NCBI RefSeq assembly: GCF_018977255.1
Contig: NW_024704742.1
Location: 132,248,001 to 132,312,000 of the forward strand
DNA length: 64,000 nt
Origin: Callorhinchus milii
Taxonomy: Eukaryota
Direction: 5' to 3'
The translations under genes and the position numbers were made by a program. The notes beneath the pieces were generated by a model that was not told the origin of the DNA, did not search any database, and saw nothing but the letters and a program-made list of their open reading frames with translations. This document shows positions 22,906 through 35,158 of the stretch, one piece after another. Position 1 is the first letter of the stretch, and every line of letters starts with the position of its first letter.

Positions 22906-24124
22906 ACCATTTCTCCCTTGAAGGAGCAAACAGCGACATTAATCCAATGGTCTTTTGTTGTGCAGTCGATTTCCATGTTTCTATGGTGAAAGAGGTACAG
23001 AGTCAATCAGTAGCTAGAGAGAACTCTAAAGATAAGAGTTCAATTGTAGTACAAGATAACAATAATAATCCTTGTATTTGATATAGTACCTTATCACGTC
23101 TTCGAGACGTCTCAAAATGCTTCACATTATATTGTAAAGTGAATTGACTGTATATTTAGCAGGAACTTATTTTAGCCTTGCTAGCAAGAAAAATAAAGCC
23201 AAGTCTAGAAAACACAGGGGGAGGGAGGGAATGAGGAGTGAAATTCCACCAAGACACAGACGTAAACTTTTCTTTAGCATTTCAACGTGTGCAGAATTTC
23301 ACCTTGAATTAAACTCACCCTTATCTTTGAAGCTGATTTTCTGCAGGTTCTTCTACAGTGTCAAAATTAAATCTGAATTAAATTTTTTTTTGCCAATCTT
23401 TGAACCCTCTGAAATGTTGAGGCAATTCATCCTAGGTCTGGATTTACTCTCGTTATCCTCAAGAATGAACAGGATTTTGATGAAATTCTTAAATACCACT
23501 CTAATTTTGAAGCCCATTTTCTGTAAGTTTCTTTTAAGAACTTTGACTTCAAAGTTAAAACTGAATTCAACAATTTATAATAACAATAATTCTTGCATTT
23601 GATATAGGATTATAAAGTATTTAAAACAATTTTTTTTATATATATAAAAAAAGCGCAGAAACAACAATAAAGGGGGAGATAACAGACATGCAGAGAAAGT
23701 GAGAGAACTGGGAAAAAAGGGATTAAAACAGTAAAGAATAAGATTCAATCGACCTGTGTTATGTAAAAGATTAGCTGTAGGTCAAAGAATTAATGCCAAG
23801 CATAGGCTAAGTTGGGAACTCAATTGTCAGGATTCTGAAGTACTTTAAGATACAAAAACAAGGGCAAACTCTGAATCGTGAAGCATAAAAGTGAGTTAAT
23901 GCGCAGTATCTGAATGGGAAACGTTGCGATTTTATGTTAGCAAACAATTCTGTCAGAAAGGGATATAAACCTACTTTCAGATACAACAGCTTACAGGCAA
24001 ATATGCCAAGGCAATCAGGGCAATAATAATAATCATCTTTGCATTTGATATAGTGCCTTATCATGTCGTTGAGATGTCTCAAAGCGCTTCACAGAATATA
24101 CTGCAAAATGAATTGACTCACTGT

Positions 24125-24350
24125 AAAGGGCAATTTCAGGACAGACGCCAGCAAGTATTTCTCTACCCAATTTTACATTTCTGTCCTGACTGCAACAGGA
24201 TTACCAAGAAGGTCATTTCAGTCTAGAACACTGGACTTAGCAAACAGTTTGATACTGCAATGGAAAGAATATGCAATGGTGGGTATTCTGGAAGGAGATC
24301 AAATAGGCTGAAGGGCTTTCTTCAGCCAAACCTCTCTTGTGATCTTGTAA
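24125..24350 (+). mobile_element. Old CR1 3' end with TCTTGTGA-type tail
   Basis: Related 3'UTR pieces at about 19205-19285 (-), 50820-50975 (+) and 59375-59530 (-). Confidence 0.55.
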
Positions 24351-25174
24351 ATAATCTTTGTATCTGATAACTCCTGCAACATCAAAACATATCAAAACGC
24401 TTCAAGGGTGATTGGTGCAGAGTGTGACGACTGTATATTTTTAGGCAATCGCAATTGCCAACAGCAATCTCCCACAAACAGCCATGAAGTCAATGATCTC
24501 ACTTATCTAGTAAATGTTGGCCAGGATACATGAGTGACCTCCTCAGTAGGAACCATTATTAACAATAATAATCCATATATCTGGTACAGCACATTTTACA
24601 TTGGGAAGGTGTTTCAAAGCACTTCAAGGGTATATTGTAAATTGGAGTGACTGTATTCTGTAGGTGAATACAACAGCTGTACTCTTGGGGATTCATCTCA
24701 TCTGCACATCAGCCAGTAATTAATAAGAACCAGTTAAGTGTGTTCCTCTGGTGGGACAGTGATTGCCAAGTGAGAAGGTTGAAATGACAAGTGCCCCTAA
24801 CTCATGACAAAGGCAACCACTACCTGAAGGGCAAACTGGTTCCAGTTCCTTACCGTTGCCCCCAGAGCTTTAACCCCTTTGAGACTAACTCCTACAGGAT
24901 CTTAATATGGCCAGATCTTTGCCTGACTTTATGCTTCACTTTTGAGCAATAGGATTATGACACTGGGTTGTCAGATTCAAAAATAGCCACCTACTTAAAA
25001 CGAGTCATTTAACCAGGAGTTTACAAGGCTGATGTTCAGTTGAATCATGTTGCCATATGACGACATTAATGAAGTTAAAAAGACAACAGGTAATAAAAAA
25101 CATGACAATAGCAGCAACTGACACTTACATATCCACTTTTCAAGTAAAGTAAATGCCTCAATGTGGCTGTTATA

Positions 25175-25520
25175 ATAACAATAATAAGCTCTGCCTTTGA
25201 TTATGATGCTTTGCAGGATTTTACCATAATTTTTTNATGTGAGTGCAACTACCAATTTGGAAAGAGAAATGTACCATAATCAGCCGTGACACGAATGATC
25301 ATTTCTATCTGGAGAAGGCGGGAGAAACTCCCTTTTCTTTTCAAATTGTGCCATAGATCTTTAACGTCCACCTGAAAAGGCAGAAGAGATCTCAGTTTAA
25401 TGTTTCACCCGAAGGACGGAATCTTCAACAATGCAACAGTGTGAGTCTAGAAAATGAGCAAAAAGTCCTGATGTGGGGCTCGAACCCACAACCCTCGTGA
25501 GTGCTACCAACTGAGCTACT
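25175..25520 (-). mobile_element. Deu-domain SINE (type C)
   Basis: GTGCCATAGATCTTTAACGTCCACCTGAA core; GGGGCTCGAACCCAC B-box (reverse). Confidence 0.75.
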
Positions 25521-26106
25521 ATGACAACTGTCACATAGTGTTATTGGAAGCAAACGAGGCTTCTTATCCGGCCAGCAATACCCAGCAACAGCGATGATAT
25601 GAGTAGCCAAATAATTTGAATATGGAATAATCCTTGCCTTTGATTCAGTGCCTTGTCACATCGTCAAGACATCTCAAAGCCCCAAAGCTTTAAAAATCAC
25701 ATGATTATGAAAGTCAAGTATAGCGACTGTGTATTTTGCAGATGAGCGCGGCAGCCAATTTGCATATGGCGATGTCCCACAAACAGCCATGAAGTGAATG
25801 ACCAATTGTATCCGCGGAAATGTTGGCCCTTACACCACCTCTTTGTGGGACATTGTTGTGCAGAAATTGTCTGCCACGTTCAACTGCAAAATACAGTAAA
25901 TACTATGAAGTGTTTGAAATACCATGCTGACTTGAAAGGCGCCATATCAAAGGATCATCATATCCATCTTATTGTGTTTCGCGCTTCTGATTAACATATT
26001 TTCTGTCATTCATTTCAATTATCATGGCCCTTTCATTCTTTACACCCACTCTTTCCTTCTCTCTTTGTCATTTTCTAAACCTTCCCTTTCTTGTATTGCT
26101 GTGTTA

Positions 26107-26400
26107 TATAATCCCTCCCACACCCAAAAAAAATAGTCACTCAATCCACAACTGTTTGTGGGACACTGCTGTGCGCAAATGGCTGCTGTGTTTTGCCCAC
26201 AAATTTACAGTCAATCAACAACAATGACAACAGTTTGCGCTTATATAGCACCCTCCACACAGGGTAGCATCTCAAAGCGCTTAATGATAAGGCAATCCAC
26301 GTGATAAGGCAATCCACTTTACAGTATATTCTGTGAAGCACTTTGAGACGTTTCAACCACGTGATAAGGCAATGTATCAAATGCAAGGATTATTATTATT
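26107..26400 (+). mobile_element. SINE 3' half with a nested minus-strand L2 tail (26217-26284)
   Basis: SINE body split at CAGTCAATC|CACTTTACAG by an AACAACAA..AAAGCGCTT L2 tail. Confidence 0.8.
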
Positions 26401-27214
26401 AAATTGATACCAGCTCTGTTCCTCTATTTCTCAGAGAACATCAAGTGCCCTGTTCCAAGGGAAAATCTACCAAACAAGGAGTAAGCTACAAAGATGTGGC
26501 GAAAGGGTAGGTAAATGTGCTGTACATTTCTCAAATTCTGAAGAGATGAAAGGAAATGTATGATGCAAATTCTCAGACTCTCGAGGAAAGATGGATGTTG
26601 TGATCCTCATCCTTGGTGAAGAAAGATGGTAAAATCTGTAAATTTCTATGGTTGTATATAAAGTAAAAGAAATGTCGTACATTTTGCCAATGGGTTGAAA
26701 GAGAGAGACAGAGAGGAAAGCTGAGGAAGGTGGGGGGCTAACAGGGGTGGTTGTGAAGAGAGGCATTGGCTGTGGAGGCTGAGGCAAACGAGTGGGAGCT
26801 GAGGTTCCGACATTGTATTTCAGGAGCAGCTCATCAAAAAGACAATTACTTCAGACTAGCTTTTCACCAGCCCTCTGTCAGCCAGTCAAACAGCAGGGGA
26901 GGTAATGTGGGCATAAGGAGCAGATCCAGGGCTTAGCATGCAGTGCCCCCTACACAAACGCAGTAAGACTCACCCACAGCACTGCAGCTTTCATTTGCTT
27001 TTCACGCAATTAAAAGCTGTAACAATAGTTAAGACGATGTCAGGGCAAGCTCAGTGGTTTTGTGCAGCCTGTTAGAATGGATAGCAGCGTACACATGCAT
27101 ACTCCTTACTCCTAAGTCTTCCTGCCCGAATGATTGAACACCCCACACCCTAATCTCTCACATTAAAGATAGAGGCTTGAAGGGGTATGGGGAGGGTGGT
27201 CAGATTGTGAGATC

Positions 27215-27465
27215 AGCGATCAGGCCTTCAGCCTCTCTATTCCCACCCTAGGGAACTCCATCCCACAGTCCCTTCCCTTGCCTCCTTCAAGGTATGTCTG
27301 AAGACCTTCCACTTTGACTGCGCCTTCGGTCACCCTCCTACCCCTACTCTCAACCACTCCTGATCCCAACCCCTTGCTCGGGTTCAAAACCCTGACTGTC
27401 CAGCGCCTTGAGATGTCCTCCTGGCATGAAAGGCGTTATACAAATGTAAATCGTTGTTGTTGTTG
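27215..27465 (+). mobile_element. L2 3' fragment
   Basis: GCCTTCAGCC..GGAACTCCATCCC..CCTCCTTCAAG; stem-loop and (TTG)n tail. Confidence 0.8.
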
Positions 27466-27547
27466 AATGAACAGCTTGCTCTGAGAGCTAATGCAGACTC
27501 AATAAGCCAAATAATACTTTCTACACTGTAAATTGCATTGTACTTGC

Positions 27548-27725
27548 GGAGTCCTGTAGCTTAGTGGATAGAGCACTCGCCTCACAAGTGAGAAGACTTG
27601 GCTTCGATTCCCGGCAGGGTATTGGGCAAGTTTCCTTACTCCACACGCCTCTGTTTACCTAGCAGTAAGAAGAATTTGGTTGTTAGTCGATTGGCGGATC
27701 GCTTTTTCGGGGGTAATAATTCCTT
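27548..27725 (+). mobile_element. Type B SINE 5' half
   Basis: Head plus full central block; followed by type C fragments at 27738-27920 (-) and 27993-28268 (+). Confidence 0.85.
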
Positions 27726-29560
27726 CAAAATAAATAAATGTGTATTTTTAAGGTAAACACAGCAGCCAATTTGTACACAGCAATATCCCACAAACAACCA
27801 ATGAAGTGAATGGCCAGTTTTATTTGGGGGGTGTTGTTGGCCAGGACACCGAGACAAATTCGGTTCTCTTTTCGAACAGTGCCATAAGATTGATAACATC
27901 CATCTGAACAGGCAGATGGCGGGGGGTCATATTGCATTTTTTTCATCCATCCCCCAAAATTACTGAAAGGAACAATTCTCTACCTGAACACCCTGGCTTA
28001 GTTAGTAGCATTTTAGCCTCTGAGTCAGATGATATTAGGTTTGAGTCCAACGCCAGGACTTGGAACTCACATAATCATCGAATCCTTGGCTGATTAGGCA
28101 ACCACTAAAAATCACATGTTACTATTTGAAAAGAGAAGGGGGGGGTTCTCTCCCAGTGTCCTGGCTTCCAATCCCCTAAGTAAAATTTATCTTTCCCTTC
28201 ATGGTTGTTTGTGGGACATTGCTGTGCGCAAATTGGCTGCCGTTTTCACCCACAACATACACAGCCACTTTCTGTTCTCTATTGTTAACCTTATAGTAAG
28301 TAGAGATGGTCAGTTCTCTGTGGTTAACCTTATAGTTGAGGGGGAAGAGTTGTGTAAGTAAGAAAGCAAATCCTGTTGCTTGAGTAACTGTTTTCAGCTC
28401 CAGAGTAAGCGACATGAAAACATATAAAACCGGTCAGATATAGAGGATGGTGCATGATTCCCGACAGCAGTGTAAGGGTTAATTATAGTTGTGTGGTTCA
28501 CTGAGTTGAATGGTCCTCAGTCCCCATTCCACCCCGCAACTCCACCCACCATCTCACCCTGTTATTTGCCCAAACACAGAACAGTAACATCGGAGAGAGA
28601 CACATCGGAGAGAGGCATCGGCAATCTTGAATGCCCGACACTCCAGGCTGAGAAAAGCTGGATGAAGATTAAAGGCAGTGCGGAGATGAAAGGAACCAGA
28701 GAGGAAAGGATGAGGGATGAAAAAAAAAAATACCATATTCCAACACTTCAGAGACCAACATCTTAATAATAATAATGTTAATATATCCATTTGGTATTTG
28801 ACATAGCGTCTCATCACATCTCCGAAATGTCGCAAAGGGCTTTAAAGAATATATAAAGTGAATTGACTGCAAGTTTTGTGGCCGAAACGGGACAGCCAAT
28901 TGTGCACAGCAGTGTCCCACAAGACAAAACTTCTTGTGTTTGCTCAGCAATCAGAAAGGTTGCTTCCGAGGTGGAGAGTGAATTCTGCAGGTATTGACAA
29001 TGCAAAGCAGAGGATGGTGTAGCTTCAAAGTGCTCCTAAAGGCAACTGATTGAATGCCTGGGACAAGTCTACGTGCATGTAAATAAGTAATGTGTTGCAA
29101 AAGTTCTTGTATGTTTTTTCTCTTTCTCTCGCTCTCGGTGGGAGCTCTGTTATAATAAACTCCTGTGTTCAATCTGTGATAGATTATCAGTATATGGTGG
29201 TGGTAGTACACTACAATATTAAGACTTGAAGGTTGCAGATAAGAATGCTAGTAATCCCTTGTGGATCAGAAAGTGTCTGTGTATAACGCAAACTGGTGTG
29301 AGCCATGTTCTCAAAAACAGCATCAATAAAGACTGGTTCCATACAACTACATTCACTTGTAGTTCACCTTGGAGTCCCATAGCATAGTGGTTAGACCACT
29401 TGCCTCACAAGCGAGAGGATTTAGGTTTGATTCCCGGACAGGGTGAAATCTTAGGCAAGTTTCCTTACTCTACATGGCTCTATTTACCCAGCAATAAGTA
29501 GGAACCGGGTTGTTAAGTCGAATGGCAGATCGCTTTGTGGGGGTAATAATCATCATAATA

Positions 29561-30767
29561 ATAGAATCATAGAATCATAGAATGTTACAGCACAGAAGGA
29601 GGCCATTCGGCCCATTGAGTCTGTGCGGCTCTTTGACAGAGCAACTGACTTTTATTAACCAAACCTGTCTTCCCCAGATACCTATCCAATTCTCTCTTAA
29701 AAGTTGCTATCGAATCGGACTTCACTGCCCTTTCGGGCAGATCATTCCAAATTCTAACAACTCGCTGAGTGAAAACATTGCTTCTAACCTCCCCTCTGCG
29801 TCTTTTGGTAGATATCTTAAGACTGTGACCACGAGTCACAGACACACCTACCAGCGGAAACAGCTTTTCCTTATCTAGCCTGTCGAAACCTTTCATGATC
29901 TTGAAGACTTCTATCAGGTCCCTGTGTAACCTTCTCTGCTCTAATGGGAAAAGTCCTAACTTCTCCAGCCTGTCCTCATAGCTAAGCTTCCCCATTCCTG
30001 GTATCATTCTCGTGAATCTCCTCTGCACCCTTTCCAGTGCCTTAATGTCCTTCCTGAAGTAAGGTGCCCAGAACTGGACACAGTACTCCAGCTGAGGCCT
30101 AACCAGTGTTTTGTACAAATTAAGCATAACCTCCCTACTCTTATACTCTATGCCCCTACTAATGAAGCTCAGGACACCAAATGCCCTTTTTACTGCCCTA
30201 TCTACCTGCTCTGCCACCTTCAATGAATCGCTTACTTGAACGCCCAAGTCTCTCTGTACATTCACCCCCCTTAAGATTGAGCTACCGAGCCTATATTGCC
30301 TCCTATCATTTTTCCTACCTAAGTGTATCACCTCGCACTTATCTACATTGAAATCCATCTGCCACATGTCAGCCCATTCCACCATTCTGTGTATGTCTGC
30401 CTGCAGTCCGTCACAATCTTCTTCACTATTTACTACCCTACCTAACTTGGTATCATCTGCAAACTTGGAAATAGTGCTCCCTATGCCCAAGTCCAGATCA
30501 TTAATATATATTAGAAAGAGCAGTGGTCCCAATACCGATCCCTGGGGGACACCGCTGCACACCTCCTTCCACTGCGAGAGACACCCATTAACCACCACCC
30601 TCTGCATTCTGTCACTCAGCCAGTTCCTAATCCAAATGGCTACTGTCCCCTTAATACCGTGGGTCTCCAGTTTTTTTATTAACCGCTTATGCGGTGCTGT
30701 GTCAAAAGCCTTTTTAAAATCCATGTAAATAATGTCCACCGCATTTCCCTCATCAACCCTCGCAGAC
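29561..30767 (-). mobile_element. 5'-truncated CR1 LINE, 1.2 kb
   Basis: RT ORF plus 3'UTR GGGCCGAATGGCCTCC and (ATTCTATG)n tail; candidate TSD ATAATAAT at 29555-29562 and 30771-30778. Confidence 0.96.
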
Positions 30768-30790
30768 CAAATAATAATTTGGTCACTCAA
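29585..30790 (-). CDS. CR1 ORF2 reverse transcriptase C-terminal part; uninterrupted 401-codon frame of a retroelement remnant
   Basis: Non-LTR RT motifs YMDFKKAFD, GVPQGSVLGPLLFLIYINDL, FADDTKL and [13 protein letters not shown]; frame opens at a TTG in the flanking SINE; no endonuclease domain. Confidence 0.85.
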   Translation of the reverse strand: MSDQIIIWSARVDEGNAVDIIYMDFKKAFDTAPHKRLIKKLETHGIKGTVAIWIRNWLSDRMQRVVVNGCLSQWKEVCSGVPQGSVLGPLLFLIYINDLDLGIGSTISKFADDTKLGRVVNSEEDCDGLQADIHRMVEWADMWQMDFNVDKCEVIHLGRKNDRRQYRLGSSILRGVNVQRDLGVQVSDSLKVAEQVDRAVKRAFGVLSFISRGIEYKSREVMLNLYKTLVRPQLEYCVQFWAPYFRKDIKALERVQRRFTRMIPGMGKLSYEDRLEKLGLFPLEQRRLHRDLIEVFKIMKGFDRLDKEKLFPLVGVSVTRGHSLKISTKRRRGEVRSNVFTQRVVRIWNDLPERAVKSDSIATFKRELDRYLGKTGLVNKSQLLCQRAAQTQWAEWPPSVL

Positions 30791-32184
30791 TCTACTACTG
30801 TTTGTGGGACACTACTATGCCCACAAACTACACAGTCAACTCACTTCACAGTATATGCTGTGAAGTGCTTTGAGACATCTCAACAACGGTTATAAAAAAT
30901 GCAAGGAATGCAAGATTATTGCCTTGAAAGGCTCAAAGTGACAATTCTGTTCCATTCCAATATTCCACTAAACTGAACTTAATACTGGAAAAATGATAGA
31001 ATTTGGATTAAAGGTTGGAATAAATGCTCAGTATTTAGAAATCGCAGACCGCAGATTTGATCAATGTATTGCTGTTCTAAGAATCAGCCGGATTGGGAAA
31101 CAGCAGGATAGAGAGAGATTACAGGCCATGATGCGAAGAAGTGACATCCTGTCTATGGGATTGTGTCCAAAGGGAAGACGAGAGACATAACATTTACTGA
31201 ATCTCTCAATGTGATTTCTGCCTTGTAATTATGACCAGATCCTTTGTGTCCACATATTCAACAACAGCCTGCATTCCTACAGTATCATTTATGTAAGAAA
31301 ACGTCTGAGGTCAATAGATATTTGTTAGGTAAGGGTATCAAAAGATATGGAGAAAAGGAGGGCAAATTGCAAGCAACAGGACCCGGGTTTGATTCCCGAG
31401 CTGGGTAAAACCCTACGTAAGTTTCCTTACTTCTACACGCCAGTGTCCTGGCCAACAAATCCCCCAGATACAATTGGTCATTCACTTTGTGGCTGTTCAT
31501 GGAACATTACTGTGCTGCCTACAAAATACACAGTCACTACATTTCACAGTGAATCCTGTGAAGCTCTTTGAGACATTGTCCCAACATGAAAGGCACTTTA
31601 TCAAAATACAAAGATTCTTACAAAAGTAGTATTTTGTTCCTGAAAAATTCAGTTTAATGGTCCCAATGCAATTGTCATAAAACCATGAATAAATATGGCT
31701 GTGGATTCATGCTGTACTACTTGTGTCTGTTTTGGCAAAATATCATTAAATATCTTGCCAATGTTAAGTTAATTAAAAGGGAATATGTTATTTGGTTTCC
31801 TCTGTGGTTAATTTAAGACAGGCTTTTAATTATGATTCCTTTTTCTTTAATGTATAAATATCTCGACAGCAAACAGAACGATTTAATGCTTTACCTGAGC
31901 TGCGGTTTCAAATTGAATTTCAAAATGATTATTTTTAATCCTTTATCATTTATTAGTGAGGCTGATGCCTCGGTAATAATATTATTAATAATAATTAATA
32001 ATAATATTATTATTTTTACTACTATTTCCTCTTTTATTCCCCACAAAATACACAGTCAATTCACTTTACAGCATATTCTGTGAAGCGGTTTGAGACATCC
32101 GGAAGACATGCTAAAGCACAATATCAAATGCAAGGATTATTATTATCATTATTTCTCCCAAGCTACAAATGTAGCCTCTTCATG

Positions 32185-33005
32185 CCAACTTGGCTCAGTT
32201 GGTAGCACTCTCATCTCAAAGTCAGAAGGTTCAAGCTCCATATTAGGGTTTTCAACTCAACTCTTAGCTGACACTCCAATGCAAGGAGATCCTATCTTAT
32301 GAATGAGAGGGCTCCTGTCTGCTTGTCCAGGTTCCAGGAGCCTTTCACCCCATCATCGCTCAGCTCTATTGGTCCCCAAACACCCAGTTGATCTAATTCA
32401 AGATCTTTGCTCTCACGTTTAGTCTCGCCCCACCCTACCTATAGAACCTCGTTAAATCCTGCCAACACAGCCATTCCCTTTGCTCAGTGAGCACCTGCTT
32501 CATGTCCCCCACCTATCTAGTCCAGCTTCAGTGGGTGGGCTTTCAGTCATTCTGTCCCGTTTTCTGGAACTCTATCCTGGCGTCCCTGTGACTCGCTCCC
32601 TCCATCCACTCATTCAAAGGCATGTCTCAAAATGTATCTGTATGACTGTGCCTTGTCATCTTGCCTCTCCCCACCCTCCTCAGCTCCCACTCCCATCTCA
32701 GGTGCCCAGCCAGCAGTGTCAAACGCTTTGGGCCGTCCACCCGACACAATATAAATGTAAATTATATTATGTTGTGAACATGAAAGACCACGTTGCACTA
32801 TTGGAAAAGAGAAGAGGGCTTCGCCCAGTTTCCTGGCCAACAGTCCAGCCAGTTAAAAATGGTCATTCAGTTAATGACTGTTTGTTGCTGTGTGCGAACT
32901 GGTTGCAGCATTCACCTGCGAAAAATACAGTCACTACATTTTACAGTAAATCCTTTGAAATATCATGCTTGATGTGAAAGGTCTATATCAAATGCAAAGA
33001 CTCTT
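32185..33005 (+). mobile_element. Type C SINE with a nested same-strand L2 (about 32340-32774)
   Basis: Head CTTGGCTCAGTTGGTAGCACTC; L2-like C-rich body; Deu end resumes at GCACTATTGGAAAAGAGAAG. Confidence 0.7.
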
Positions 33006-33589
33006 AATATTCAATAAAGCCTTTGTAGCAACAAATAATAAACCTTGCATTTGATATAGCTCTTTATCAAGCCTTTGAGATGTCTCAAAGCGCTTCACAG
33101 AATATACAGTAAAGTGAATTGACTGTATATTTTGTGGGCGAAAAGTGTTAAGAGCATCTCTCATTTGGGGTGTGGGCTCATTAGCTGCTCCTTACTCATT
33201 TTTTACACCAAAAGTGTATCCCTTTGAAGGGAGTCAGTGACTTGTCACCTATTGCATTCTCAACTTCCAATTCAGCAAAACTAAAAACAGATGTATGGAT
33301 GTGTTGTGTGGAATTATTGTATATTTAACAGTATAGAAAATCCAAATTGCAGCAACAGGTATAATAATAATCCTTGCATTTGATATAGCGCTTTTCATGT
33401 TTTACAGACGTCTCATGCTACCCCGCATGAAAGGATTTATACAAATGCAAGTTGTTGTTGTTTTAAATGTTGTCATCGTCATAGTTTTCCAGAGTCACTT
33501 TGTTTGTGTGCTTCTGACGCACATAGAAACCTATCAATGTGTTCAAGAGCAAACTCTAGGAGTTCCATGTATGTATGCAAATTAACGTT

Positions 33590-34182
33590 CTTAGTCCAGC
33601 TTTGCACTCCTGTGCAATTGTAGGGGTGCACTGCATTGTTGGAGGTGTCATCCTTAAGATGAAACATTAAATTGAGTTCCTGTCTGCCCAGTCAATGGAT
33701 GTTAACTATCCCATGGCACTATTTGAAATAGAGAAAGGAGTTTCTCCCCATGTCTTGGCTAACAATCCCCTAGATGAATTGGTTATTTACTTCATGGTTG
33801 TTTGTGCACAAATTGGCTGTCGCATTGGCCTACAAAAATGCATTTTATACAAAATTCACAGTCATGTCCTCTTGATGTGAAAGGCGCTCTATCAAATGCA
33901 AGGATTATCATTATCATTGAGAGTGCTGTCCTTCAGCTGAGATGATAAACTGGCTGCTTTTTCTGGGTGTTCTGGTGGGGGTTAAAGATGCAGTTAGATC
34001 ACTTGAAAAGAGAAGGGCATTTCTGCTGGTGTTCTGGCCAACAAATCCTGTTTATGGCACCTCAATGTGCCTAAATTGGCTGCCTACAAATACACAGACA
34101 CCACATTTGATAGCAATTACCTGTGAAGTACGTTGAAAATTTGTTGACGTTACAGACAGCATATCAAATGCGAAGATTATTA
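33590..34182 (+). mobile_element. Two tandem 5'-truncated type C SINEs
   Basis: Deu core twice (AAGATGAAACATTAAA and CTGAGATGATAAAC), each followed by the tail. Confidence 0.72.
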
Positions 34183-34909
34183 TACCACAGTCAGTCAGTC
34201 AGTCAGAGGTTTTAAGCATCAGAAGCCAACAGGAGAGGTCAGGGATCTTCTCTGTACTTCCTTAAGGAGTATCAATCTGGTGAGCAGACACTTTTCACCA
34301 AACCAAAAGCTTTCAGTGATGTTGTGTTGTACAACCTTATAACAGATGTTTGCTGTCTTTACATGATGTTCAAACAATGAAGATGTGTAGTACAGCTCTA
34401 ATGTGGATGTTAGCACATTAAGCGTTACCGCTAGCGAGGGGGTGAATCTATACTAATTAGCTGGAGAATGCAAAGCTCATATTCACCGAAACAAAAAGCC
34501 CTAATGATAAAGACTGACACAGGGCTTACTCTCCAAATTCCGACGTGCTTTAAGAACAGATGTGGATTGAAACTCAGTCTGTATGTTACTGCTGGGTCCT
34601 AAACCACAACCTGTTTGCTGCTGATCATCAGATGTAAACACCTCATCAGGTGGCCCAAAATTCCACCTAATCTTAGCCCGTAAGACCATCTTGTCTTCGA
34701 AATTAAGAATTTAAGGATCGTTGGAAAATGATAATCCTTGCGCTCTTACAGCACTGTTCACGTCAGAAGGACATCTCAAAGCACTTATTATTATTATTTT
34801 ACATGGAATTACACAGACTTGCGCAGTAATGAAGCACGCCACATCTGTCCCAGCCAATATTCTTCCTCAAATCATTCAACTGGTGCTCGTTTGCAAGGTT
34901 TATTATTAT

Positions 34910-35158
34910 TAAGATGTGCCTAACTCAGCCACAATGTCCCTAACCTCGGGAACTCCCTGTCTCAATCCCTCCACTTCATCCACGCTTTATGTATCTTGAA
35001 ATCCTGCCTGAAGCCTTATCTCTTCGACTGCACCTATGGCCACGTCCCCCTCCCTCTTCTCCCTTGCTCGGTATCCAACCCCACTGCTGCTCAGCGCTCC
35101 AAGAAGCTATCCTGCATGAAGGGCATTGTATAAAAGCAAGTTGTTGTTCATGTTGTTG
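34910..35158 (+). mobile_element. L2 3' fragment
   Basis: GGAACTCCCTGTCTC..CTCTTCGAC..; tail GCAAGTTGTTGTT. Confidence 0.7.

Larger units (their letters stand above)
29371..30920 (+). mobile_element. Type B SINE split by a CR1 insertion (parts 29371-29560 and 30769-30920)
   Basis: Head and central block end at GGGGGTAATAAT; body resumes at ATAATAATTTGGTCACTCAATC. Confidence 0.85.

Noticed and set aside
23539..23556. Palindrome AACTTTGA-CT-TCAAAGTT (TCF-like sites)
   Set aside because: 8-bp arms in AT-rich DNA are expected by chance, with no other support
23144..23602. 152-aa ORF
   Set aside because: Begins and ends in SINE tails, low-complexity F/L/K composition, no domain
25236..25236. 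Single N base
   Set aside because: Assembly ambiguity inside a SINE remnant
26824..26901. 78-nt plus-strand exon candidate
   Set aside because: Weak polypyrimidine tract, unrecognised peptide and no partner exons
30348..30728. 126-aa plus-strand ORF
   Set aside because: Antisense shadow of the CR1 RT frame
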